Below the pieces are notes generated by a model that had not been told where the DNA came from, ran no database searches, and worked only from the letters and a program-made list of their open reading frames with translations. From Eledone cirrhosa (Eukaryota), in the NCBI GenBank assembly GCA_964016885.1, contig OZ024741.1, positions 99,820,001 to 99,884,000 on the forward strand: 64,000 nt of DNA, written 5' to 3'. Each line of letters begins with the position of its first letter. The stretch's first letter is position 1. Shown here piece after piece: positions 39,750-52,607 of the stretch. The position numbers and the translations under genes are program-made.

Positions 39750-42045
39750 CGCTTTCAGTTTATGCTGGCAAAAGATTGACCTTTCAATTTTGTTGTTGAG
39801 TAGTTGGTGGCCTGAGCTTAGGATATGGAAGAGCTCATTATTACACAACGGGCACGTTTTCATCCCACTCCGGTATGGAGGAGCATGTGAGAGTTTGGTC
39901 CATTTAGGGTGTATTGTCGGTTACTCCCTTTTAAGTGCCAAATTTTGTCGGCGAGGGTCGTTATGTAACGGTGTTGGGGGTGCTTTATTGCGTAACGATG
40001 CGTGTACTAACGAGTTTTGAAGGTGTTTGCAGTGCTGTCTATGTAGTGCCAGGTTTGGTTGTCTGACTCAACGGAGCACCTGTACAGTAGGTTTGAATGC
40101 AAACATTCGTTATTCAATGGACAAGTCTCTGGAAGGTGGCAATTACAATTTCTGTTATGGGCAGTGGTGGAGTTATAGGTGGGCTGGGATGTGCGTGTGA
40201 GTGTGTTTTGTGCATACTGTTTGTTAGTGGGTGGTTGTGTATTAGGTGTATTATTGTGTTGAGTGATTGGGGTGTTGTTGTTACGGAGTTTTTTGGCGTT
40301 GAGCATCTTAATGTGTGCGTCTAGGTTTGGTGCAGTGGAATAAGATAGTCTAATTGTTTTGGTATTGAGTATACTACTATATTTATGTGAATTTGGAAAG
40401 TGTTTTCTTATAATTTTGTAGAATGTGGAAGGTAAGTTAGAGCTAATAGAAGAGTTAAACATAGGATTATACCAAATGTAAGATCTACTCCGTGTTCTGT
40501 TTTGCTTTGATGTTGCTGTTGTATTTGTGGTGTGGTTAGTATTAGGGGGTCTAGGTGCGTGTGTGCGGGTGTTTGTGGGGCGTTTGGCGTGTCTATGGTT
40601 ATGTTTTTTATGGTTGTGTCGGTCTATGTATTCTAGTTTGTCGGTGTGGCCAGCCCGTTCTAATGCAGTGTTGTAATATTCAGCGTGTTGATCAAATATT
40701 TGTTGGTTAGATGAGAGGCGGGATATTCTAAGTGATATACTATGTGGCACGGAACTTATAATAGATAGTGGGTGGTTAGAGCTAGTGTGGATGTAGGTGA
40801 GGTTCTCATTGTTTTTGTGAAAGGGTGTGATAATTTGGGTGTTGAGGTTGAAGGTGGAATCTAGGAAGTTATCTACTTTGGTAATATATTTGTAGGTGAT
40901 TTTAAGGCCAAGGCTATCCAGGGTTCTTCTAATGCGCTTACGGGTTCGCTCTATGTTTTGTTTATTCATGTTTTTAACTAATAGGAGAGCGTCATCTCTA
41001 TATATTCCGCCTTGAAGCTAACTAAATTTATTATGTAAGGTGTGGCTATGTAAATACCAACAATACCCGTAACTTGTGCTGAGTCATTAGCGCCCATAGT
41101 TATCTCAAAGTTACCTATTCTATCCTTACGTACCCAAAAGTTATTTTCAAATTTAATTATCGTCTTTCTAGCTGCTAGGATAATGTTTATTTCGTCGTCG
41201 GTTAAGTCAGAGTTGGCTTTCGCAAATGCTAGTGCTTTGTTTAGAGTATCGGGTGATATGGAGGAATAATAGTCCTTAATGTCGAATTGTATAAAGTTAG
41301 AGGTATTTTTGTTATCTATACTATTAAACCATTTAATTGTGTCGCTAGTATTGTCCCAAAGTTTAATAACTAGTTTATTCCTTAATTGTATTATTATTCT
41401 ATCTAAAATATGCTTGCTAATTTTACCTATGTCTGACTTAGAAGGGCATATTAATCTAATTGTAGTTTTATCTAGGAAATCTAATTTGTGGTCCTTAAGA
41501 TTAAAGGTGGGGGTGAAAGTTGTCATGGGCTCAGTTCTATCTTCAAGTTCTAGACTTTTGACAATATGGTGTGCTTGTTTGTTGATGTTAAGTAGTGCTT
41601 GGTTATTGGTTTTCTTATATTTTTTATGTAATTGCTTCCGTATAAGGTTGTGGTAGGTATTAATGTCCATTGTGTACACGTTAGATGTTTTATCCGCTTT
41701 GACAATAATCCCGTTAGTAGTGCGCAGCTTGTTAAGAAAGGTATCCATGTCTTTATGAAGCTTATTGGTTTTAAACTTCTTATATTTAGTATTCATGACC
41801 ATTTTAAGTAAGTCCTGTTCAAAGGCGTACAGTAGAGGGTTAGTGGGTGGGTTTTTACAGGAGTTGAACCCATATGTATTCTTTCCAGAGTTAGCGGAAT
41901 AATCATTACGTCCTTTGTCAGTTTTCCATCTGACGCGGCGTATGAAATCGTTGGTGCGCTGGATCATTCCAAGAGTGTAATCCTTCCTTTTGGGTAAAGG
42001 TATATTCTTTAGGGACATACCGATGTAATGTTTTTCCATGTCCAA
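39750..42045 (-). mobile_element. Penelope-like element, RT + C-terminal GIY-YIG, frameshifted
   Basis: SLKNIP, KADKT, FIQFDIKDYYSSI, ITMGANDSAQV, GIYRDD (shifted frame ~40990), FLD, SNHP, WYNP, CNC..CPL..C, LLYRC..HYID. Confidence 0.9.
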
Positions 42046-42181
42046 GGCGTAAGTTGAAGTGGTGGCTCAACCTGATAGGAGCATAAATTCAGTAATTAAG
42101 AATATTCCAAAGACTGGTAGAACAAGTTATGAGGAAAGTTATCAACATATATATATATATACACACATATATATACGTATA

Positions 42182-42218
<37 letters not shown>

Positions 42219-42257
42219 TATATATATATACATACACACATGTACATATATATATAT

Positions 42258-42352
<95 letters not shown>

Positions 42353-42455
42353 CACACATACATATACATACATACACACACATATATATACACATATTTA
42401 TATACATATATTCACATATACACGTATGCACATATACATATATATATATGCATAT

Positions 42456-42490
<35 letters not shown>

Positions 42491-42540
42491 CACATACACA
42501 GACATACACACATACATAGATACAAACATATACACATACC

Positions 42541-42586
<46 letters not shown>

Positions 42587-42693
42587 CACATACATATACA
42601 TATATATATACATATATATATATATACATATATACACATATACACATATACATATATATACATATACACATATACACACATATACAATTATAT

Positions 42694-42726
<33 letters not shown>

Positions 42727-42865
42727 CACATATATACACAAATATTCACATACCTACATATATACATATATATATACGCATATATATACACACATATATA
42801 CATATATATATATAGAGATAGTGATAAAATATAAGTCAATTGCATGAACTCATAATCCTTTATTT

Positions 42866-42921
42866 ACTGCTATATATATTTCGATGATAGCCATTGAATG
42901 GCTATGACCTCATCAGGCAGT
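42866..42921 (-). ncRNA. Minimal hammerhead ribozyme
   Basis: ACTGC-CTGATGA-long stem II-GAAA-TATATA-TA-GCAGT. Confidence 0.8.
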
Positions 42922-43239
42922 TAGTCAGTTCTTAGATATGCGAGCTCTGTGTTTATAGTGTTGATAGTATCAGAGCCTTGGGACATATGAGCTTGTTAAG
43001 AATAATTTAATGTTGTCAGCAGGAAGAGTCTTAATTCCCAGTGGTCAGTTTGTAGATGCTAGTAGGGTTGGTATTTGACCTCAAAGAGGCAGGTAGTGAT
43101 GTAAAGTTCAAAACCGTCAGGCAAGATGACAATAGTTCACAAAAAAGCATTCTTGGTCAGCTATATATTCAATTAAGGTTAATAGTATGAAATAGATACT
43201 ACAGGTCATTCTTAAATTGTATATATATATAAATATATA

Positions 43240-43610
43240 TAGTAATAATAATAAATTTGAAGACTAAAATCCAAAGAGGGCTCGATAAGGATAAATATAT
43301 ATCAAATATATAAGAACCGTAGAGCAAATATTTATTAAAATAACAGATTAAAGTTTAAGCAAAGAATCGCTGCTTTCACCCGTAACGGGATCTTCTGAAA
43401 CTAACAAAGTCAATCTGTAAACGCAGACGTCGATATTTCAAAAAACGTTGCAACCGGAGGAAGACAGGAAGATGATACTTTGGTTGGTGGAAACGTTCCC
43501 TGGCAAAGAACGGGAAAAAACGAATATAATATGTCATTAATAGGAGCGGTGAAAAACAATTACGCTCAAAGACAGAACCACGTTTATGGTATAAAAGAGG
43601 CCGTAGACTA
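43240..43610 (-). mobile_element. Family A element (variant HHR at 43352-43402)
   Basis: Reverse complement of 7288-7655. Confidence 0.75.
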
Positions 43611-44806
43611 ATGGGGGCATATTTTACAGGTTATACATTTCTTATCTATACATGAGGGTCTTTGGAACGGGTATGTCTTGCTAATAAGTGGCCTTGTTCC
43701 TAGTTCTTTCTATTCTATTCCAAAATTTGCTCCTATACAAGGGGCAGGTCCCATTTATGTCTTGTATAGGAGCACATTTTGGAATAGAATAGAAAGAACT
43801 AGGAACAAGGCCAATAGAATAAACTCATGGTATGATAGCAATAAATACCAGAGTGTAATGTTCATCAATACAACCCCTAGAGGCGAACTAGCCTACAAAT
43901 TTAGAAGGGCCCTAAATAAACATAAACTCAATATTAAGATAGTAGAAAGACCAGGTACCTCCGTAAAAACACTTATTAGCAAGACATACCCGTTCCAAAG
44001 ACCCTCATGTATAGATAAGAAATGTATAACCTGTAAAATAAGCCCCCATATTAACTGTAAAACTAGAAATGTAGTGTATAGCATAAGATGTACTGAAGGA
44101 CAATGTAGAAACAAAAATATAGTGTACATAGGTGAGACAGCTCGTAGTATAGGGGAACGAATAAATGAACACCGGCGAGACCTTCAAGATAATAAAGAAT
44201 CATCTGTGCTCTACCAACATGCTAAGATAGAACACAGGGGTAAATTAGAGAACATAGAAATAAAAATAGAATCCACACACAGAAAAGATGCAATGTTTAG
44301 GCAAATTACAGAGGCAGTAAGCATAAAAGAATTACAACCAAAATTAAATAGAAAATATGAGTGGAACAGCAACATCACAACTTACAATTAAGGACAAAAT
44401 GAAAACACACACACACATAGAACAAACAACCAACCAACAATAAATAAATAAATAAATAAATAAACAAATAGATAAATGAACACAAACACACACAGACACC
44501 CGGATGTGGCGCATGCGCAAACTGAGCACACAACACACACACAGAAACAAAATGGCGTAGGACAGAAGAAAGGAAAGGCACAGAAACAAAGAAAGGAATC
44601 CCCAGTCACTGAAGAGGTCACAGAGTGTGTGATGAAAGGACTATGACTATATATAAACAACTATCTGGTTGTGGAACCAACCAACCAACCAGAAATTTAT
44701 AAGTTTGTAGATTTGTAAATTTATAAATTTATAAATATATAATAAATTGAAGTGAAAGTAACTGGTGCGTGTGTTTCTTATTGGTAACATGACCCTCCCA
44801 AAGTAT

Positions 44807-44810
<4 letters not shown>
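43611..44810 (+). mobile_element. 5'-truncated Penelope-like element (GIY-YIG) with inverted 5' segment
   Basis: C..C..C..C, NVVYSIRC, VYIGETARSIGERINEH, RQITEA, PKLN; 43611-43740 is an inverted copy of downstream sequence. Confidence 0.88.
44604..44648 (+). ncRNA. Minimal hammerhead ribozyme in pLTR
   Basis: AGTCA-CTGAAGA-stem II-GAAA-GGAC-TA-TGACT. Confidence 0.75.
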
Positions 44811-44877
<67 letters not shown>

Positions 44878-44882
<5 letters not shown>

Positions 44883-45175
44883 AAAAAGAGATGAAATCGA
44901 AAATGCAACTGGAGTCTTATTTTTGTAAAAAATATATATATTTATTTGGTTCCTTTACCGGTTTCGCAGTTCTTCTGCTTTTCAAAAGGTGAGTTGAGAT
45001 GGAGGGTCTGTGGTTTTTCTCACATCTGTCAGAAAAACCACAGACCCTCCATCTCAACTCACCTTTTGAAAAGCAGAAGAACTGCGATACCGGTAAAGGA
45101 ACCAAATAAATATATATATTTTGAAAAAAAATAAGACTCCAGTTGCATTTTCGATTTCATCTCTCTTTCTTTATA
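44878..45175. repeat. ~145-bp-arm fold-back with U3-A8 HHR
   Basis: Centre ~45026; arms nearly complementary. Confidence 0.88.
44952..44989 (-). ncRNA. Minimal HHR, UUGAAAA core (mirror 45062-45099)
   Basis: CCTT-TTGAAAA-GCAGAAGAACTGC-GAAA-CCGG-TA-AAGG. Confidence 0.7.
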
Positions 45176-45265
45176 CTTTCACTCGTGTAGGACACCTCGG
45201 TTATTTTTCATTTTGTAAAAAAAACCTCACTTTCTAATATATATATATATATATATATATTTGTT

Positions 45266-45316
45266 AGTTTCAGAAGATCCCGTTAAGGGTGAAAGCAGCG
45301 ATTCTTTGCTTAAACT
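45266..45316 (+). ncRNA. Family A CAGAAGA HHR-like motif, isolated between (TA)n tracts
   Basis: AGTTT-CAGAAGA-TCCCGTTAAGGGT-GAAAGCA..TGCTT-AAACT. Confidence 0.6.
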
Positions 45317-45368
45317 TTAATCTGTTATTTTAATAAATATATATATATATATATATATAAATATACAT

Positions 45369-45453
<85 letters not shown>

Positions 45454-45599
45454 TATATATATATATACATATACATATATTTATATATATATATATATAT
45501 AAATGAAAAGTATAGAAATTGTTGTAGCGAGAATCTAATACACACATATACATACATATACGCACACATATACATATATATATATATATATATACAAAT

Positions 45600-47100
45600 A
45601 AGTACTCATAAATATACGCATATACACAGTCACATAAAAACAGCTCTACAGGCAGAAAATGCTGATAGGTAAGTGGTACTCACATAACCATAGTGGCCGT
45701 ATTTCAGGTTGAGGAGGGGTGGGGTGGGGTGGGAATTAGGTAGAGAGGTTAAAAGGAGGAAGTCGTTTTTAGCCATCGGGCATTAACACTGGCTTAATTT
45801 ATCTGAAAGTTGCAAAGTTCTTGTGCATGCAGTTCGGGCAGTATTCAGAGAGTTCGTTCAGTAGCGGGCCCTTGGCGAATAAAATTTCATAGCTCTCTGA
45901 GATACAAAGTTTACAGCCCTTGTGTCCTCCGTTGTAAGAGCGCGCTTTCTGGAGTATTTTCCATTTAAGCGTGAAGGGGGTGAAGTTTATTTTGAGGTCC
46001 CAAACATAGGAGGCGAGTGTTGTCTGGTTTGATTTGTCCGGTCTTCTGTAGGAGTGGGTATGGGCATACCAACGGGTCTTAAAGTTATTGGAAGTCATGC
46101 CGATGTAAGTCTTTTTGTTATTGCAATCATCGGTGCCTGAGATGACATCGCATTTGTATACGATATCATTTGTCAGGCATTTGTTTTCAAGTGGGCAGGC
46201 TTCCTTATTTAGGCAATTACGCAAGTCCCCAGTCAGGGTATTGGGTTCGGAGGTGGTTGGCTTATTTAATTTTTTAGAATTGTGGTTGGCTATATTGCTA
46301 GCTAGCTTAGGTGTGGTGGAGTAGGAGAGTCTTATTGTGTTTTTATTAAGGATGGTGTAGTACCTAAGTTGTATGGGGAAGTGTGTTTTCAGCAAAGTGA
46401 AGAAAATCCTAGCTATCGGTGTAGAGACCTCTCTATTGAAGGGAGGGTTGTACCAGCTAATCTGCCTATGCCTATTCTTCCTCTGCAAACTTGCGGTGGT
46501 TTCTAGGTAGGTTATCTTTTCTTTAAATCCGCTGCGGGCGAGGGCGTCATTGTAGTAGGAGGCAGAGGCGTTAAAATATCTTCGTTGGCAGAGAGGCCAG
46601 AGATTCTAATAGAGACGCTTTTTACTAAGTTATCAGTGATGTTTTGGGGGTGGTTAGAATTAACATTAATTTATCTAAGGGACTCGTTAGGTTTGTGGTA
46701 CGGGTAATAGAGGGAAGTATCTAGGTCGAGAGTGACATCTAAGAAGTTGGTCCTAGTCATGTTAGATTCTATAGTTATACTAAATCCTAGATTAGAGAAG
46801 AACGAGCTTAAGTTTCTCCGAAACCCATCGGTGGTTCTGGGGTTAACCTTGTGCATGGCGAAGAGGCCGTCGTCTCGGTATAAAGGTTAGGCCCGTAAAG
46901 GGGTTCTTCAGGTGATGTTAAATGTACAAGCCCACAAGGTCGCTAAGTTCACTCGAGTCACTCGCTCCCATGCTGACGTCAAATGGCGTCTGAAACGTCT
47001 TGTTGATCCAGTAAGATCCATCGTGGTATAGAAAGGTCTAACGGGCGTGGAGGATAACAAGTTGCTCAGCATCGGTAATGGTGGTAAAATTCCTGGCAAA
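45600..47100 (-). mobile_element. Penelope-like element, truncated RT + GIY-YIG
   Basis: LYRDD (~46870), TNFLDVTLDL, WYNPPF, CPLENKC, DIVYKC, TYIGMT, CKLCISE; frameshifts. Confidence 0.9.
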
Positions 47101-47109
47101 AGTAATTAT

Positions 47110-47216
47110 ATTTATTATAATGCTCGGTTTGTTTGTAAACAAACATCCCGAATTAAGCCGTGCAGTGTCTAGCAACCATCGTTGCTCATTTGTTCAACAC
47201 TGACAAAGGAACGCTG
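47110..47216 (-). mobile_element. Fragment of the 27774-28592 family starting at the HHR cleavage site
   Basis: Matches 27952-28058. Confidence 0.85.
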
Positions 47217-47282
47217 GCCTGTTAGCTCAGTTGGTTAGAGCGTCGTGCTAATAACGCGAATGTCGTGGGTTCGAGCCCCATA
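47216..47282 (+). pseudogene. tRNA-Ile(AAT) retrocopy, 3'-truncated
   Basis: GGCCTGTTAGCTCAGTTGGTTAGAGCGTCGTGCT-AAT-AACGCGAATGTCGTGGGTTCGAGCCCC; 3' acceptor strand missing. Confidence 0.85.
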
Positions 47283-47286
47283 TTAC

Positions 47287-47343
<57 letters not shown>

Positions 47344-47719
47344 CTGTGTGTGTGTGTGTGTGGTTGTGTTTTGAAAGAGTGACAAGGACGCTTACCACGC
47401 CTCATGCCTTTGTATTGGAGTACATCGTTTGTATGGAGAGTGGAGTATGAAATGTATATTTATCTACTAAATAGAAAACATCCTCAATCAGCATCTCGGA
47501 GTTGAACATTTTAGGTGTGGATGTATCTTGTCATATCTAGCATGGGAAAGAAAGTCTGTGGTGAGGAAATCAAATTTAATTGACCATACAATATATGCGT
47601 GAATCATGCGTTCAATATATATTCACTGTTATTATCTGACACTAATATACATGCTTATTAAACGACCGAAATACAATTCTTCCTATCTCGGATTCTCTCT
47701 CTCAATATATCAAACAACT

Positions 47720-47961
47720 CTCTCTCCCTCTCGCTCTCTCTATATCTCACTCTCTCTCTTTATCTCTCTCTATATATATATAAACACACAAAGGTACGCA
47801 CACTCACACACACACACATGTATATGGATATAATTAGTTATGTTTATTTAGAGTATGTACATATGCATGATACATTTATATAATATATATATATATATTA
47901 TATATGTATGTATATATATATATATTAATATCTATATATATATATATAAATATATATTATA

Positions 47962-48027
<66 letters not shown>

Positions 48028-48045
48028 TATATAATATATATATAT

Positions 48046-48087
<42 letters not shown>

Positions 48088-48167
48088 ATATATATATATG
48101 TATATATTATATAAATGTATCATGCACATGTACATACTCTAAATAAACATAACTAATTATATCCATA

Positions 48168-48263
<96 letters not shown>

Positions 48264-48350
48264 TGTGCGTACCTTTGTGTGTTTATATATATAGAGAGAG
48301 AGAAAGAGAGAGAGTGAGAGATAGAGAGAGAGAGAGAGGGAGAGAGAGAG
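47720..48350. repeat. Inverted repeat centred on a (TA)n tract
   Basis: 47770-47880 is inverted against 48110-48295; extra partial copy at ~48405-48445. Confidence 0.85.
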
Positions 48351-48393
<43 letters not shown>

Positions 48394-48772
48394 AGATATA
48401 TAATGAACATGTACATACTCTAAGTAAACATAACTAATTATATCCCAGACTTCAATCTTCCGCTTCATACCAACTCGATCTTCTTCCTGACTGATATCAG
48501 ATATCAATGTCTCGAATATCATCTTTATCCTCACATCAACGGTTCTCTAGATTCATAGTTTTTTAGTTGTATTACATGGTCACTATTGATTCATTTCCTT
48601 AAACGCTTTTATCACTTTGATACTTTCTTTTTCATGCGCCTTATATTATTTGTTATGAAAGTAGTATAGGTTTTTTATCACTCTAACACTTCACCACATT
48701 TCTTTATTTCATCCGTCTCTGTATCATTTGTTTCTTTTCATATTGATACACTCAAGGAAACACACTTGAACA

Positions 48773-48998
<226 letters not shown>

Positions 48999-49022
48999 CA
49001 TGTGTATTTTCTATATATACAT

Positions 49023-49085
<63 letters not shown>

Positions 49086-49508
49086 CATATTTATATATAT
49101 TAAACACACATACACGCACACACACACATATGTATATATATATTCATTTAGACACATACACACACTTATGACATCTACAAGCCGAGAACTGTTTCATTTA
49201 TATGAAATTATTGTAATGAGAGTTTTCTGATCTTTACGAAACCGTTTAATGTTAAATATAATTCCCGCTTTGATGTGTAGAAGAGAATGACACAATAATG
49301 TATATATTGCTTCGTTTGATAATGATGAAGATGTAATGTATGTTATTGATTAAAATGACATTCCTAATGATTTCTTATAAATGAAACATTTCTAGATCTG
49401 TAGAAGTCATATCTATATAAAATATATTTGCCTATGCCATCTCAATATATTGAGTACCTTTTCAAAATGTAATTTCCCTATCTTCATCGAGATTCCAACC
49501 TTATAGAT

Positions 49509-49703
49509 CACTGATTATCAACCAGTGTGCCACGGCACACTGGTGTGCCGCAAGATCTTCCCAAGTGTGCCACAAAATTTTATTTTCACCATGTTTTTAT
49601 TTTGTAAAATTCAATATTTTTCATATGTATATAGCCAGGCGTGCCGCTATTTTTTCATGCGTTCCAAGGTGTGCCGTTGGCAAGAAAAGGTTGAGAACCA
49701 CTG
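49509..49703. mobile_element. hAT (Charlie-like) MITE
   Basis: TIRs CACTGATTATCAACC / GGTTGAGAACCACTG; 8-bp TSD TTATAGAT/TTACAGAT; internal GTGTGCC repeats. Confidence 0.85.
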
Positions 49704-50186
49704 TTACAGATAAACACGTACTCATACACACACTCATTGGCACGCATACATACTTAGAACAATATTCCTTAATTAATAGGTAATCCACAGAGTTAGCACT
49801 GTTTCAAATCTACCTGAACATATATGCACGTGAAGGTTACATACGATACGTCATCAACGGAAAAAAACTATTACAATTAGCATTCACACTGAATGTATTT
49901 ACTAGTTGTAAAAGGAATCTCGTGGAAGGATCGGTGGAAACAGTGTTGAAAATGTATTAAATTTACCAAATATTAATATAACATATTGTATCTATTTAAG
50001 ATTAGGAATTGACTAAATTCTGTATGAGAAAGACTTCTCATGAAATAATACTCAATAATATATATATATATATATATAGAAAGAGATAGATATGTCGATG
50101 AATTAATGTAGACGTACATACACACACACACACACACACACACACTCATACACTCACACACTCACACACACACACACATATATATA

Positions 50187-50233
<47 letters not shown>

Positions 50234-50486
50234 ATATATTACCTACAATTTTAGTTGATATATATATATCCTCTACTGAGAATTGTCTGATCTTTACGAA
50301 ACCGTTTAATGTTGAAAATAAGTTCTACTTTGATGTAAGGAAGAGCATGCAGCAATGAAGGAGATGTTGCTGCTTCTGATAAAGATGAAGATTTAACGTA
50401 TATGGTATTGATTAAAATGACTTTAGTATATCCATAGTTCTTTTCTGATATCTTCGTTTCTCGAAGCTTTTTAATATTCAATAATA

Positions 50487-50575
<89 letters not shown>

Positions 50576-51329
50576 TGTGTGTGCAGTTCTGTTTGTTTGT
50601 GCGTGTGCGTGTATATATATATGTATATGTACACACACACACATATATATATATATACACACACACACACATATATTTATATTTATAAATATATATATAT
50701 ATATATAAAAGTTTGCGTTAATATGAATTATAACTGGTAACCTTCCTTTTTCCTTATCTTTTAAATATTGTACAATTAAACACAAATGTATGGGGACACC
50801 GATAAACATTCATACACATTCACAAATACAACTAACATACTTACATGTACAATATATGTGTAATAGTGCGTGCATATTTGAATGTCTTTGTGGATTTTGT
50901 CGTTGTAAATACCATTATTGTGCGTGTGCATTGTTCTACATATGAGTGTCAGTTGGTGCCTGTTTGTTTCTGTGTCTTTAAAATATTACATACGAACGAA
51001 AACTAATATTTGGTAAGAATTACAAAGGAATAGTGGGTAGTGATATATATAATGTAATGCACACTACAAAACCATGAGATATCTATAAGTTTCTCGGGTA
51101 ATTTGAAACACTGATGCAACAGATTCATGTTATGTAAAGGTACGATATTAAATCTATCAAGTGACTGCCTGAAGAATGTATTATATTACATTGGATGAAT
51201 TAAGGAAATAAATCATACAAACTCATTGTACTTTTCGATATAAATTGTATCCCTATTTACCAACTATGTACAGTTGACTCTCTTGCCATTAGAGTAGATT
51301 TGTTAACTTATGTTTTATGTATCATACCG

Positions 51330-52605
51330 GATATATCAGCAAAATTATGCAAACTTTAGATTCAAATTCGAACTTCTGTATCTCAGGGATGCTTAAAAAT
51401 ATCTTAATTGAGTTGTCAGGGGTCTTTCTACAACCATTTGACTCTGCTTTGAGCAAGGTATATGTTGCTTACCTTCCAAGCTAACCAGAAGAATGTGTGA
51501 TGAAGTTGATCATGGACGAAAATGAGATTTTCATACATAATAAACCATAGATCAGTATTGGGTGTTCATAAATGATTGGAATAAAGTTTGAATTGAAGCC
51601 GAACGTTCTGTTCCAAATTGTCAGATACAAGGCTTGCCGAAATCCCACCTATTAGGTATCAATAGTTGCTCCTCTTTTGGCAATGACTTCCTCAAGCCTG
51701 TTTCTGACTGCACCACAAACTTTCTTAATGAATTCCTCGTCAATGTCTTCCTCCGAAGTCCTACGGCTGGAGATTGTGAGGGCTTGCAGGTTACTTTGGG
51801 ACCTCTCAGAAGCTTCTCTGACGAGTTCATTCCAGATGCTGAAGATTAATGGTTCAAATCAGGTAATGAATGGGCCATGTATCCATATCCCCAAACCTGT
51901 TCCCAAACTCATCCCTCAAAAATTCTTTAGCGAGAAGGAGCTCCAACATGCTGGAATGTAAACTTGAAATCTTTAGCGATCTTATTGGGGTTTTCCTCGT
52001 TTCTTGCCTCAAGATATTCAGAAAGAATCCAAAACCTGAACATAATAAACCCCCTGTCAGTCTCTCAGCTTTCTCAATTATGATCAATGGCATCTTTTTG
52101 CCATCACAGGGCACGCATGCGAACATTATCAATTTGGTAGGGTTTTTTCACCCGACAATGACATTTTTGCCTCCCTCGTGAAGATCTGAAACCAGGACGC
52201 GGCTGTTGCGTCTGTTTGTGTGCGCATCATTGGTGAAATTCTTCTCATTTGTGTAACAGATCGCTCCAGGTTTATGCTTCACTTTGTTGAAGATGATCTT
52301 CCCCCTCTCCAACCTTCTAACCATTTGTCCTGGAGTTACAAGGTGCCTCAGATGTTTCACGTACAATTTCATTTTCAGGTCTTCTGTCACTGATCTTAGA
52401 ACTGTTATAGCTGAAACTCATCCTCATGTGCCAAGCGCCTTATGGATTGAGTTGGATCGCTTCTTATTGATCTCTTCAGCTCCAGATTGAAATGATGATC
52501 CCTCTTGTGGTTATGACCTCCTGATCCAATTTTCTTCTCCACTATTCCCTCTTTCTTAAATTTGTTCACAATTTTTTTGATGGTTCTTGAATGGACTTTG
52601 AAGAT
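51330..52605 (-). mobile_element. Decayed Tc1/mariner (maT-like) transposon
   Basis: GSGGHN, DPTQSIRRLA, EDLKMK, TNEKNF, KMPLIII, WP motif remnants. Confidence 0.8.
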
Positions 52606-52607
52606 GC

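Noticed and set aside
39750-47100. Naiad-type selenoprotein Penelope elements
   Set aside because: GIY-YIG is C-terminal here, and the interruptions look like ordinary decay.
47216-47282. Functional tRNA-Ile gene
   Set aside because: 3' acceptor strand absent and no T-run terminator.
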